64,000 bases of DNA from Mobula hypostoma. Taxonomy: Eukaryota. The DNA lies in contig NC_086097.1 of the NCBI RefSeq assembly GCF_963921235.1, positions 204,354,001 through 204,418,000 of the forward strand. The letters run 5' to 3'. The translations under genes and the position numbers were made by a program. Positions 24,251-37,319 of this stretch are shown in pieces. The notes beneath the pieces are model-generated. The model saw only the letters and a program-made list of their open reading frames with translations, was not told where the DNA came from and ran no database searches. The number at the start of each line of letters is the position of its first letter. The stretch's first letter is position 1.

Positions 24251-25233
24251 ATAAGATCATAAGATAAAGGAGCAGAAGTAGGCCATTTGGCCCATTGAGT
24301 CTGCTCTGCCATTCAATCATGTGCAGATCCAACTCTTCCAGTTATCCCCACTCCCCTGCTTTTACCCCATACTCTTTGATGCTCTGGCTAATCAAGAACC
24401 TATCTATCTCTGCCTTAAATACACTCAAAGAATTGGCCTCCACAGCCACTCGTGGCAACAAATGCCACAGATTTACCACCCTCTGACGAAAGTAATTTCT
24501 CTGCATCTCAGTTCTAAATGGACGTCCTTCAATCCTGAAGTCGTGCCCTCTTGTCCTAGACTCCCCTACCACGGGAAATAACTTTGCCATTTCTAATCTG
24601 TTCAGGCCTTTTAACATTCGGAATGTTTCTATGAGATCCCCCCTCATTCTCCTGAACTCCAGGGAATACAGCCCGAAAGCTGCCAGACGTTCCTCAACCA
24701 GTAACCCTTTCATTCCTGGAATCATTCTTGTGAATCTTCTCTGAACCCTCTCCAATGTCAATATATCCTTTCTAAAATAAGGAGCCCAAAACTGCATACC
24801 ATAAGTGTGGTATACTTATATATATATGGTATACTTGTGGTATACCATATGGTATACCATACTCCAAGTGTGGTCTCACAAGTGCCTTATAAAGCCTTAA
24901 CATCACATCCCTGCTCTTATATTCTATACCTCTAGAAATGAATGGCAACATTGTATTCACCTTCTTCAACACTGACTCAACCTGGAGGTTAACCTTTAGG
25001 GAATCATGCACAAGGACTCCCAAGTCCCTTTGCATCTCTGCATTTTGAATTCTCCCCTCATTTAAATAATAGTCTGTCCATTTTTTACTTCTACCAAAGT
25101 GCATGACCATACACTTCCCAACATTGTCTTTCATTTGCTGCTTCTTTGCCCATTCCCCTAAACTATCTAACTCTCTCTGCAGGCTCTCTGTTTCTTCAAC
25201 ACTATCCGCTCCTCCAACTATCTTTGTATCATC
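24249..25233 (-). mobile_element. CR1 3' fragment
   Basis: DDTKIVG, RDLGVLV, RPHLEY, QFWAPY, RTRGH; (TCTTATG)n-type tail. Confidence 0.92.
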
Positions 25234-25683
25234 GGGGATCACAGTGTTGGTTAGAAGAAACTCCAGTTTGATCAAAGCCAGGGGAAGCAGACACGCTAGT
25301 TGTCTTTGTTTTCCCCCATTTTATGGACTCTCAGCTGATTCTTGCTCTTGGATAATCTAATCAGAGCAACTGAATATGGACACAGAAAGCTTCAGGTAAT
25401 GATCTGCCAAACCAGAGACCATTCTTAAACAAGTAGCGATTTGCTATGTAAAGTGCGTGGACTCTGAATTGATTCTTGACTCTGGGACAATCTAATCAGA
25501 GCAATAAATCTGAGACCATTCTTGAAGGTGTAGCTGCTTGTTATGTAAAAAGCCAGAACTACCAAAGAAGCAATCTGTAATCTTGTCAGAATCTGTCTCG
25601 GTTGCCTTATTTAACTGGTTTGGACCAGTCAGAGTGTAAAGACACAAATACGCAAGGCTGGGGTGGGCAGAGCCATGAAACAA

Positions 25684-26084
25684 TGTTGGTTGTAGCCCCG
25701 TACAATGACCAGTAAGTAGGTGACCCAGGTAGGTCAGGTGACCTTGAGCCAATGGGATGGAGATCCAATGGTTCAATTGATGAGGAACGGTATAAGACTC
25801 AGGAGCTCCAATACGCAGGGCGTTAACTCTCCAGCAGCCAGAGACCAAGCATCGTGGATAAGGAGGACCCCATGGACACGTGGAGATCGGGACCGCAAGG
25901 AACGCCTGGCCAGCATAGACGACTTTCCCAGGTTGTACCCTTTCTTTTCACTGACTGTTCAAGGAGGTTCAGGGTTCAGATACACAGAGTGTGAACTCAT
26001 GTGCAATAAAAGTTACTTGTCGGTAAATACAGATTCTCTGTGCCTCACTGATCACTATTACAAGGGGTGATTCTTGTAGCAACA
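25684..26084 (+). mobile_element. Putative solo LTR
   Basis: GC/CpG-richer block with TATA-like TATAAGA (~25791), AATAAA (~26005) and TG...CA-compatible ends; no clean TSD, boundaries uncertain. Confidence 0.4.
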
Positions 26085-26544
26085 GGGACTGAGAACCCTG
26101 ATATCTTGATGATATTCGCAGATCACTCAAAAATGCCTCCAATAACATGTACTTTTAAACTTGAGACTACGGTCATAGTATCAGAGAAAATAAGACAGTA
26201 GGTGAGGTAGCTGTCCTAATGGAACTTGGTGAAGTGCACCACTCCTGCACACAGTTCCTGCTGTCTCGATATTGTTTGGAGAAGCAAATTGGTGTAAATG
26301 ACATTGTCCTTAAATTACACATATTTCTCTATTTCTTCTTTCTGTGCTGTTGTTCCTCATTCTGCAAGATATTCTAGACGGGAAAACTTGCAGGTTTGAC
26401 TTTGTAATGTATCCTAAGTTAGATCAGCGAAAAAAAAAAGCAATTATATCAAGATACAGTGTCCCAATTGCAGAATTCTTCACTCTAAATCACCAACTGT
26501 TCCTTCTCACTTGTTTCCCTTAAAATCTTGGAGCATGGATTTTG

Positions 26545-28470
26545 TAAAAACATCCTGTCACCGACTTCATAAAAAATCAGTGGGGCTGAGTGTGTGCTTA
26601 TGAAATCTTCTGTACATTCCCAAACCACAAGCCAAGGATGAACCAGAAAGCGCATTGTCTGCTGAGGGCTAGATCTGTGGCATTTAAATCTGGTGACCCA
26701 GGTCTTTCAAGAGAACCAAGAGCTAAGAAACAATTCTGAGTGAGGTTTGAGGTAATATTGGATGCGCATCAACTGTGGCAGGGTTTGCAGGCCATTACTT
26801 CCTACAACTCAACTTCATAATGGCAGTGATGCTTCAGTACCAGATGAGCTCATTGCCGTTTATGCTCACTTTGAATGGGAGAATAAAACTACAGCTGTGA
26901 AGATCCCTGCTGCTCTCGATGACCCTGCGATCTCTGTCTCGGAGGCTGATGTTGACTTGTTGAACCCTTGCAAGGCAGTAGGACCTGATGGAGTGCCTGG
27001 TAACGCTCTGAAAACTTGTGCAAGCCAACTGGTGGGGATATTCAAAGACATTTTCAATCTCTCACAGCTACAGGCAGAAGTACCCACTGACTTCAAAAGG
27101 GCAATAATTATACCAGTGCCCCAGAAGAGTAGCGTGAGCGGCCGTAATGACTATTGAACAGTAGCACTCACAAATACGGTGATGAAATGCTTTGAGAGGT
27201 TGGTCGTGGCTAGAATCAACACTTGCCTCAGCAATGACCTGGACCTACTGCAATTTGCCTATTTCCAGAATATATATCTATAGTGGACATGATCTCAATG
27301 GCTCTCCATGCGGCCTTGGATCACCTGGACAATACAAATACTAATGTCAGGATGCTGTTTATTGACTATAGCTCAGCATTTATCACCATCATTACAACTG
27401 TCCTGATCGAAAGGCTTCAGAACCTGGGCCTCTCTACCACCCTCTGCAACTGGATCCTCGACATCCTAACTGTGCGGATTGGTAAAAACTTCTCCACCTC
27501 ACCATCAGTCAACAGTGGCACACTTCAGGGATATGCACTTAACCCACTGCTCCACTTTCTCAATACCCATGACTGTGTGGCCAGGCATAGCTCAAATGCC
27601 ATCTATAAAGTTGTTGATGATTGAACCGTTATGGTAGAATCTCAGCTGGAGATGAGAGGGCGTACAGGAGTGAGATATACCAGCTAGTTGAGTGGTGTCA
27701 CAGCAACAACCTTGTTCTCAACATCAATAAGACCAAAAATCTGATTGTGGACTTCAGGAAGGGTAAGGCGAGGGATCACAAACCAATCCTCATAGAGGGA
27801 TCAGAAGTGGAGGGAGTGAGCAATTTCATGTTCCTGGGTGTTAAAGATCTCCGAGGATCTAACCTGGTCCCAACATATTGATACAGCTGTAAAGAAGGCA
27901 AGGCAGCCCCTCTATTTCATTAGGAGTTTGAGGAGGTTTGGTTTGTCACCTAAAACACGCAAAAACGTCTGCAGATGTACCGTGGATAGAATTCTGGCTG
28001 GCTGTATCACTGTCTGGTATGGTGGTGGGCTGGTGTAGCAAGCTGCAGAGAGTTGTAAAATTAGTCAGCTCCATCATGGGTACTAGCCTCTATTGTATCC
28101 AGGGCATCTTCAAGGAGCAATACCTCAGAGAGGCGGCTTCCATCATCAACGACTCCCACCACCCAGGACATGCCCTCTTCTCATTAATACCATCAGGAGG
28201 TAGATACAGAAGCCCGAAGGCACATACTCAGCGATTCAGGAACAGTTTCTACCCCTCTGCTATCTGATTTCTAGATGGACATTGAACCTATGAACAGTAC
28301 TTCCCTACTTTTTTAATATATTTCTGTTTTTGCACTACGTATTTCTACTTGTTCTTACTATTTAATATACATATATAATATATATATAACTGAATTACAG
28401 CAAGTATACATATAGTTCACAAATTTCATGACATATGCTGGTGATATTAAACCCTGATTCTGATACTGAT
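26545..28470 (+). mobile_element. Decayed Rex1/Babar-like LINE
   Basis: [50 protein letters not shown] plus (CTGATT)-like tail. Confidence 0.9.
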
Positions 28471-30100
28471 AGCATTTGATTGCCTACAGCAGTAAGACCC
28501 TAATTGCCTTTTAAAGCATCAAGTCATAGAACATCAGAAAATGGTAAAATTCCTAAATTCGATTGGCCTAATGTACAAACTGAAGTCACATGGCTGTTGT
28601 GATTGCACTTCACCAAGATACAAATTCCTAATTATTGCTGTTTGATTTATTACATTAGTTAATTGAAACTATGGATTTAATGTAAATTTATGGCTTTTGT
28701 AGAAGTGAATGGTTACAATTTAAATTAAGGAGGAAGTTGATTTGCAGTCTATTCTGCTGCATTGGCATTGGGATCTTTATAAAAATCATTTTTAGACATC
28801 AGTTCATTGATTAAGTGCAATGAAATTATTATCATGCTTCAATGCTATGTTCATTTCTACAAGCGGAGTCTATTTTTAATCTTCAATGTATGTTGATAAT
28901 GAATAGACAAAATTTACAATGAAACAAATGAAAAGGATGATGTGATGAACAGTTGTGTATCTTATGATGCACTTTCATTGTAATATTGTATTTTATTTTA
29001 CAAGATTGCAACGTCAGAAGCCAAACATGCTAAAGAACAATGTGCAATTAGCAGAATCTCTTTTATTGCTACAGTGTATCTATCAGCCTCCTTGTGATTA
29101 ATAAATGCAATTATTATCCCTCCAACCCAGTAAGAAGTAGAAAACATAACAGTGGTTTAAATCTAGGATTGATATAATGTTGTTCTCAGATTTTCAGCTA
29201 AGACAAAGCTTTCAAAAATATTCTGATATGTGGGTAGATTAAACAAATTACTCTTCCACTGTTGACATCATAAGTCATATTTTTCTAATTTGTAACTGTG
29301 TTCCATCAATATTACCAGATTTTTTGGGATGCTTTAAAAAAGTTGATTAAGATGATAAAAGATAGAAAGCAAGAAATTTTTATTCAGATTTTTATGTTGC
29401 AATTCCGATCCCCATCTCCAACACGATTTCACTTTGGATAGAGAGTAATGGTAGAGTTGCATAATGGTAGCTACAGAATAATGGTAAATTGTTTAGTATA
29501 CATTAGCTGCACTCCAGAGCGAAGGTTACCTCAGCTCAGTTACAATATGCAAATAATGCTTACAACTTGGAGGTTGAGCTCCAAGGTATTGATGACTTAT
29601 TTCAGGAACTATATATGGGAAGATAGGCCTTATTCTCAATAATGCTAAAGGAAGGTCCCCTGCCAACTTACCCCTCTGTAGAGCAACATTCTCAAAAAAT
29701 AAAGATCCAAATGAAAAACTGTAAATTGAATTACTTATTGTATTATCAAGTATTTCTGAATGAAGTGAGACATTGAAGGTGAAATTCACCACGTTTCACA
29801 TGCCAGCACAATGTTTAACCACATGAGGAAAAGGATATCTATATTGAGACATCAAATGCAATACCAATGATATGTCTACTGGGCAGCAGTGATCCCTGCC
29901 TTCTTGTATGGTCTGGACAACTTCCAGCAAATATTTCAAGGCACTGGAGAAATATCAGCAAGGGTGTCTGCACTAAATTATCTGTCATGATAAATGAACA
30001 AATGTCAGCATCTTTTTCCAGATCAACATCCATCCCCTACATTGAGGTTTCAAATGCAGCCACATCATACATTTGCTCAACACCTGACACACAAAACAAA

Positions 30101-30232
30101 CTGTCGAAGGGTCTCGGCCCGAAACTTCGACTGTACCTCTTCCTAGAGATGCTGCCTGGCCTGCTGCGTTCACCAGCAACTCTTATGTGTGCTGCTTGAA
30201 ATTCCAGCATCTGCAGATTTCGTCGTGTTTAC
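30101..30232 (+). mobile_element. Penelope-like element terminal fragment
   Basis: Reverse complement of the terminus shared by 31440, 42295, 44720 and 48105 copies; starts at a degenerate hammerhead core. Confidence 0.72.
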
Positions 30233-33200
30233 TGTTTTATTTCCCATTGCATATAAATGATTACATCTTTTTAAATACTCTTCTAATTCAGCAACTTAAA
30301 GATGACATATTCCATGCAGCTCCCCTGAATCTGAACCTGCAAGCTGGATGTTTACAGTACTATCTCTTTTGAACATGATCCCTCTTTCATCTTTCAGATG
30401 TGGTAATTGCTTGTAGGTCAAATTTCACAGCATGAGTTCTTTCTTCACAGCAGTCTATTAACAACGTTATTAAATATCTAGGAGATTATTTTCTTTTAAT
30501 GCAGTATTTACAGTTACATTGTAAATGTTATTTTGTTGCAATTGTCCTTTGACTCACATAACTCAATACAAAAACAGATGCAACTCATTCGTAAAAAATA
30601 TTTATTTAACGTCCAAGTATCACTGCATTTAATTATATCTGATGCTACCTTGGCAACAATACATTTACTTATTGCATTGATTTGAATTGGAAACCACTGA
30701 AAATCTGATCCCTTGGTACTTGCTATTAGATTGACATAGTTATTTAAAAATAGAATAATAGGTGCATTATAATACTTGATTTCATTGAATTAAAGGCACA
30801 GGAGGAAGAGTATCAGGGATGGCATATCAGGAATAGAAGGAAAAATTCAGCAGAGTATGAAGCCAATACAGAAGAATACAACAATTTTTCAGACCTCTCT
30901 CTGTGGAGCTGGTGCCCATTAATGTTTCCTATAATTTTTTTTACCATTGATCCACAATATTTTCCTGAGTTCCTTATGAAATGTACCTATTATATCTGAT
31001 TCTATCACCTTTCAGGCAGTGCATTTCATATCATAACAACATGCTGGGTAAAATATCACTCTTCTCATATTTCATTGACAATTTTTGCCAACTTTCTCAA
31101 ATCTATGTGTTCCAAGTACTTTTTTTTTACCTCAATAGCCAATCTCTGCATATTTTTGTACCTCAATGGCCTATGCTTCTCCAACTAAGACATGTCCCAT
31201 CTTTTGCACCTTTGTTAGATATCCACTAAACACTTGATAGAGACCATTTAACATTTAATGGTTAAAATTGTTATTTTGTTAATTGTTGGGTCAATGTATC
31301 TGCTGGGTGGTTCTATATTTCCATCTGGTTAAATTGATATGAATTCCCTTGTGCTCAAGAGCAATCTTTTTTTCCCCATGCTGCTTCTTGAAGCTGACAA
31401 ATTATACTGCTTGTTGGCATTCTACAACAAAGGTGCTGACAAGAGAAGATCTGCAGGTGCTGGAAGTCAGAATAATACACCAAAAATGCTTGAGGATCTC
31501 AGCAGGCCAGGCAGCATAGATGAAAAAGCTGAGATCCTTCATCAGGGCAGGAACAAAGAGATGAGAAGAAGAGTAAGGAGGTGGCGGGAGGGGAGGAATA
31601 AAGTGATAGGTGACATCATGAGAGGGGAAGGGGTGAAGTAAAGAGCTGGGAATTGGGGTAACAGATAAAAGGCTGGTGAAGGCAGAATCTGGTAGGAGAT
31701 AACAGAAGACCATAGAAGAAAGGAAAGGGGGTGGAGCACCAGAGGGAGATGAACATAAAACATAGAATAGTACAGTACAGTACAGTACAGGCCCTTCGGC
31801 CCACAATGTTGTTTCGACCCTCAAACCCTGCCTCCCATATAAGCCCCCAGCTTAAATTCCTCCATATACCTGTCTAGTAGTCTCCTAAACTTCACTAGTA
31901 TATCTGCCTCCACCAATGACTCAGGCAGTGCATTCCAAGCACCAACCACTCTCTGAGTAAAAAACCTTCCTCTAATATTCCCCCTTGAACTTCCCACCCC
32001 TTACCTTAAAGCCATGTCCTCTTGTATTGAGCAGTGGTGCCCTGGGGAAGAGGCGCTGGCTATCCACTCTATCTATTCCTCTTATTATCTTGTACACCTC
32101 TATCATGTCTCCTCTCATCCTCCTTCTCTCCAAAGAGTAAAGCCCTAGCTCCCTTAATCTCTGATCATAATGTATACCCTCTAAACCAGGCAGCATCCTG
32201 GTAAATCTCCTCTGTACCCTTTCCAATGCTTCCACATCCTTCCTATAGTGAGGTGAGCAGAACTGGACACAGTACTCCAACCAGAGTTTTATAGAGCTGC
32301 ATCATTACATCGTGACTCTTAAACTCTATCCCTTGACTTATGAAAGCTAACACCCCATAAGCTTTCTTAACTACCCTAACCACCTGTGAGGCAACTTTCA
32401 GGGATATGTGGACATGTACCCCCAGATCCCTCTGCTCCTCCACACTACCAAATATCCTGCCATTTACTTTGAACTCTGCCTTGGAGTTTCTCCTTCCAAA
32501 GTGTACCACCTCACACTTCTCCGGGTTGAACTCCATCTGCCACTTCTCAGCCCACTTCTGCATCCTATCAATGTCTCTCTGCAATCTTTGACAATCCTCT
32601 ACACTATCTACAACACCACCAATCTTTGTGTCGTCTGCAAACTTGCCAACACACCCTTCTACCCCAACATCCAGGTCGTTAATAAAAATCACGAAAAGTA
32701 GAGGTCCCAGAACAGCTCCTTGTGGGACACCACTAGTCACAATCCTCCAATCTGAATGTACTCCCTCCACCATGACCCTCTGCCTTCTGCAGGCAAGCCA
32801 ATTCTGAATCCACCTGGCCAAACTTCCCTGGATCCCATGCCTTCTGACTTTCTGAATAAGCCTACCATGTGGAACGTTGTCAAGTGCCTTACTAAAATCC
32901 ATATAGATCACATCCACTGCACTACCCTCATCTATATGCCTGGTCACCTCCTCAAAGAAATCTATCAGGCTTGTTAGACACGATCTGCCCTTCACAAAGC
33001 CATGCTGACTGTCCCTGATCAGACCATGATTCTCTAAATGCCCAGAGATCCTATCTCTAAGAATCTTTTCCAACAGCTTTCCCACCACAGACATAAGGCT
33101 CACGGGTCCATAATTACCCGGACTATCCCTACTTCCTTTTTTGAACCAGGGGACAACATTTGCCTCCCTCCAGTCCTCCGGTACCATTCCCGTGGACAAC

Positions 33201-33701
33201 GAGGACTGAAAGATCCTAGCCAGAGGCTCAGCAATCTCCTCATGGAGCAGCCTGGGGAATATCCTGTCAGCCCCCGGGGACTTATCCGTCCTAATGTATT
33301 TTAACAACTCCAACACCTCCTCTCCCTTAATATCAACAAGCTCCAGAACATCAACCTCACTCATGTTGTCCTCACCATCATCAAGTTCCCTCTCATTGGT
33401 GAATACCGATTTCATTGAGGACCTCGCTCACTTCCATAGCCTCCAGGCACATCTTCCCACCTTTATCTCTAATCGGTCCTACCTTCACTCCTGTCATTCT
33501 TTTTTTCTTCACATAATTGAAGAATGCCTTGGGGTTTTCCTTTACCCTACTCATCAAGGCTTTCTCATGCCCCCTTTTTCTCTTCTCAGCCCCTTCTTAA
33601 GCTCCTTTCTTGCTTCCCTATATTCCTCAATAGACCCATCTGATCCTTGCTTCCTAAACCTCATGTCTGCTGCCTTCTTCCACCTGACTAGATTTTCCAC
33701 C

Positions 33702-34558
33702 TGTTACGTACCCCGTAACTGGGTTGCCAAACCAGCAGAAATGGATCACTCAGTTGGAGTCTGGAGTACTAGAACTAAGAAAGTTTTATTAAAGAAACAA
33801 GCAACACAGTAATCAAAAGGATAATAAATGCAACAGTTCAGCGATGATAAACACACATGTGCACAGAATTAAGATAACAGCATCAATCAAGCTCTATCGT
33901 TGTCTAGGGGTAAATGACCAATTTTCGAAATGACTCAAAGTTCAGTCCAGTTCAGTTTGCAGTAATCGTTGCCATGGCGATGGACAAGGTGGGGGAAGAG
34001 AGAGAGAGAGAACAGGAACAACTGATCATTCAGAACACTGCTTCACTCACAGACCGGCGAGATGGCTCACAAGCAGCTTTTGGGCGGGTCCTTGGTGATG
34101 TCACCTGAGGTCACCGACTGTGACCCCTCCTCCAGATGCGGTCGATCCTCTGCAGTGAACCCGGCACCCAGGCAAGGGCGGACACACACCGGGTTCCCGC
34201 TGATCGTACCTTTCCACCCTGGTCGTTGTCTGGTACTTCTCACCCACTCGTGAGAGGCGCACCGCTTCCAGGGTCTCGTTACCTCGGGTGGCGTGTGTGT
34301 CGCCTTAGCAAACCGGTCCCCTTTTATCCCCCTGCTGGGGTATCGCCTGTCCATCACTTCAAACAGTTCAGGGTTCAAAGGGGGAGCCGCTCCAGACAGC
34401 TCTCTCTCTCCCACGTCCCTTCATTACACATCTCCAGACGCTGCTCCATTGTTCCTTATCTCTCCTTCCCCTGAGGGCAGGTGGCAGACCAACTGCTGAT
34501 GCCACTGATGCTAGCCCAGGCCAGCAAACATCTTAATTTTATGTGTATTCTCGTAACA
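33702..34558 (-). mobile_element. Solo LTR (857 bp) inside CR1 ORF2
   Basis: Terminal inverted repeats TGTTACG...CGTAACA, perfect 4-bp TSD CACC (33698-33701 / 34559-34562), AATAAA on minus near 33785-33790. Confidence 0.9.
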
Positions 34559-35581
34559 CACCTCACTTGTCACCCATGGATCCTTCACCCTACCATTCTT
34601 TATCTTCCTCACTGGGACAAATTTATCCCTAACATCCTGCAGGAGATCTCTAAACATCGACCACATGTCCATAGTACATTTCCCTGCAAAATCGTCATCC
34701 CAATTCACACCCACAAGTTCTAGCCTTAAAGCATCATAATTTGCCCTTACCCAATTAAAAATTTTCCTGCCCTCTCTGATTCTATCCTTTTTCCATGATA
34801 ATGCTAAAGGCCAGGGAGCGGTGGTCACTGTCCCCCAGGTGCTCACCCACTGAGAGATCTGTGACCTGATCCGGTTCATTACCTAGTACTAGATCTAGTA
34901 TGGCATTCCCCCTGGTCGGCCTGTCCACAGACTATGACAGGAATCTGTCCTGAACACAATTAACAAACTCTGCCCCATCTAAACCCTTGGAACTAATCAG
35001 ATGCCAATCAATATTAGGGAAGTTAAAGTCACCCATGATAACAACCCTATTATTCTTGCACCTTTCCAAAATCTGCCTCCCAATCTGCTTCTCTGTATCT
35101 CTGCTGCTACCAGGGGGCCTATAGAATACCCCCAATAGAGTAACTGCTCCCTTCCGGTTCCTGACTTCCACCCATACTGACTCAAAGGAGGATCCTGCTA
35201 CATTACCCACCCTTTCTGTAGCTGTAATAATATCCCTGACCAGTAATACCACCCTTCCTCCCCTTTTTCTGCCCTCTCTATCCCTTTTAAAGCACTGAAA
35301 TCCAGGAATACTGAGAATCCATTCCTGCCCTGGTGCCAGCCAAGTCTCTGTAATGGCTACTACATCATAAATCCATGTATGTGTCCAAGCTCTCAGTTCA
35401 TCACCTTTGTTCCTGATGCTTCTTGCATTGAGGTACACACATTTCAGCCCTTCTACCTTACTGTCTTTACACCGTTTATTCTGCTGCTCTTTTCTCAAAG
35501 CCTCTCTATATATTAGATCTGGCTTTACTCCATGCACTTCTTTCACTGCTCTATCGCTTTGGGTCCCATCCCCCTCGCAAA

Positions 35582-36520
35582 TTAGTTTAAACCCTCCTGA
35601 ACCATGCCAGCGAACCTACCTGCAAGGATATTGCTCCCCCTCGAGTTCAGGTACAACCCATCCAATCTGTACAGGTCCCTCCTTCCCCAGAAGAGATCTC
35701 AATGATCCGAAAATCTAAAACCCAGCTCCCTGCACCAACGCCTCAGCCACGCATTCAACTGCCATCTCCTCCAATTCTTACCATCACTGTCACGTAGCAC
35801 TGGCAGCAATCCTGAGAACGCCACCCTTGAGGTCCTGTTCTTCAGCCTTCTGCCTATTCCCGAAACTCACACTTCAAGACTTCATCCCTCTTCCTGCCTA
35901 TGTCATTGGTCCCAACATGTATCATGACTTCTGGTTGCTTTCCCTCTCGTACTACGATGTTGTGCACCATGTCAGAGACATCCCGGACCCTGGCATCCGG
36001 GAGGCAACAAACCATGCAGGTGTCCTCCTCATGTCCACAAAATCTCCTGTCTGCTCCCCTGACTATAGAGTCTCCAATGACGACAGCTCTCCTCTTCTCC
36101 GTCCCACCCTTCTGCACCACCGGGTCAGACTCAGTGCCGGAGGCCCTGCCACCGTGTCTCACACCTGGTCGGTCGTCCTCGCCAACAGTATCCAGGACGG
36201 TAAACTTATTATTCAGGGGAATGGCTGCAGGGGTGCTCTGTACTACCTGTCTGCTCACCTTTGTTTTCCCCCCTCTGACTGTCACCCAACGACCTGCTTC
36301 CGACAGCCTAGGTGTGACTACCTCCCTGTAGCTCTCATCTATGACTGCCTCATTCTCCCTTATGAGTCGAAGGTCATCCAGCTGCTGCTCCAGATTCCTT
36401 ACACGGTCTTCCAGATCACCCAGCCGTATGCACTTCTGGCAGATGTGACTCTGCAGGAGAGGGGCGTTCCCCCTCTGCCACATCTCACATGAGAGGCACA
36501 TCACCATTTCAGGAGACATT
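35582..36520 (-). pseudogene. CR1 ORF1: zinc finger, coiled coil, SGNH esterase (frameshift near 35860)
   Basis: CLSC...HICQKC, LEDRVRNLEQQLDDL, VVIGDSIVRG, HVGTND; ends GRFAGMVQEGLN*. Confidence 0.9.
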
Positions 36521-37319
36521 GTAAAGACTAACTGCGAGCAAGCTCGTCCTCCGCCCCTTCTCGTCGAAGCCTCTCGAGTCAAAGCCTCAAAGCTCCACTC
36601 CTTCACTGGTCGCTTTCCACAGGCCGCTTTGCTTGAGCTATCCCTCTAGTTATCTGTTTGATGGACAGGTAAGGAAATGAGGTGTGAGAGGGAAATGGGA
36701 ATGGGGAATGGTGAAAGTGTGGGTGGATTACAATTACCAGAAGTTTGAGAAATCGATGTTCATGCCATTAGGTTGGAAGCTACCCTGCGTGTGGCCTCTT
36801 TGTGGCAGTGGAGGAGGCCATGGACTGGCATGTTAGAATGGAAATGGAAAGCAGAATTGAAGTGGGTAGTTACAGGGAGATCCTACTTTTTTTTTATGGA
36901 GAATGGAGCAGAGGTGCTCAGCGAAGCGGTTTCCCAATCCACATTGGGTCTCACCAATATACCGGAGGCCACACTGGTAGCACTAGATACAGTAGGTGAC
37001 TCCAGCAGATGAAGTGTTGTCTCACCTGGAAGGACTATTTGGGGCCCTGAATGGTAGTGAGGGAGGAAGTGTAGGGCAATTGTGGACCTGCTCCATTTGC
37101 AAGAATAAGTACCAAGAGGGAGATCAGTGGGGAGGGATGAATGGACAAGGGAGCAATCCCTGCGGAAAGCAGAAAGTGGAAGGTGCTAACTATCACCATC
37201 ACCAGTGTGACTGATTTTCAGTAGCCTGTATAAAACTGACCAGATTTTGTTTGGTCTTGCATTAGGTCTCTGAACAACAGAACAGAGTGGCTGTGCTACT
37301 CCCGGTTTTCAAGGCAAGA

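Larger units (their letters stand above)
31752..36658 (-). mobile_element. Near full-length CR1 LINE (second subfamily), ORF2 disrupted
   Basis: 5' UTR, ORF1, APE (34932-35546), RT (32243-33415, FADD), C-terminus, tail (CTGTA)n TTCTATGTTTTATGTT. Confidence 0.95.
31440..37190 (-). mobile_element. Penelope-like element 3' region (31440-31751 and 36659-37190), split by a CR1
   Basis: The two parts rejoin as GAGGGAGATG|ATGGACAGGTAAGG, like 48451-48480; right part encodes YIGETQC (YIG half of GIY-YIG) on minus. Confidence 0.75.

Noticed and set aside
29005..29130. Open frame LQRQKPNMLKNN...PSNP followed by GTAAGA
   Set aside because: Weak AAG acceptor and no recognisable protein; expected by chance.
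31402..31824. Pro/Leu/Ser/Phe-rich ORFs here and at 42322, 44767, 48169-48547
   Set aside because: Translations of the pyrimidine-rich Penelope 3' tract.
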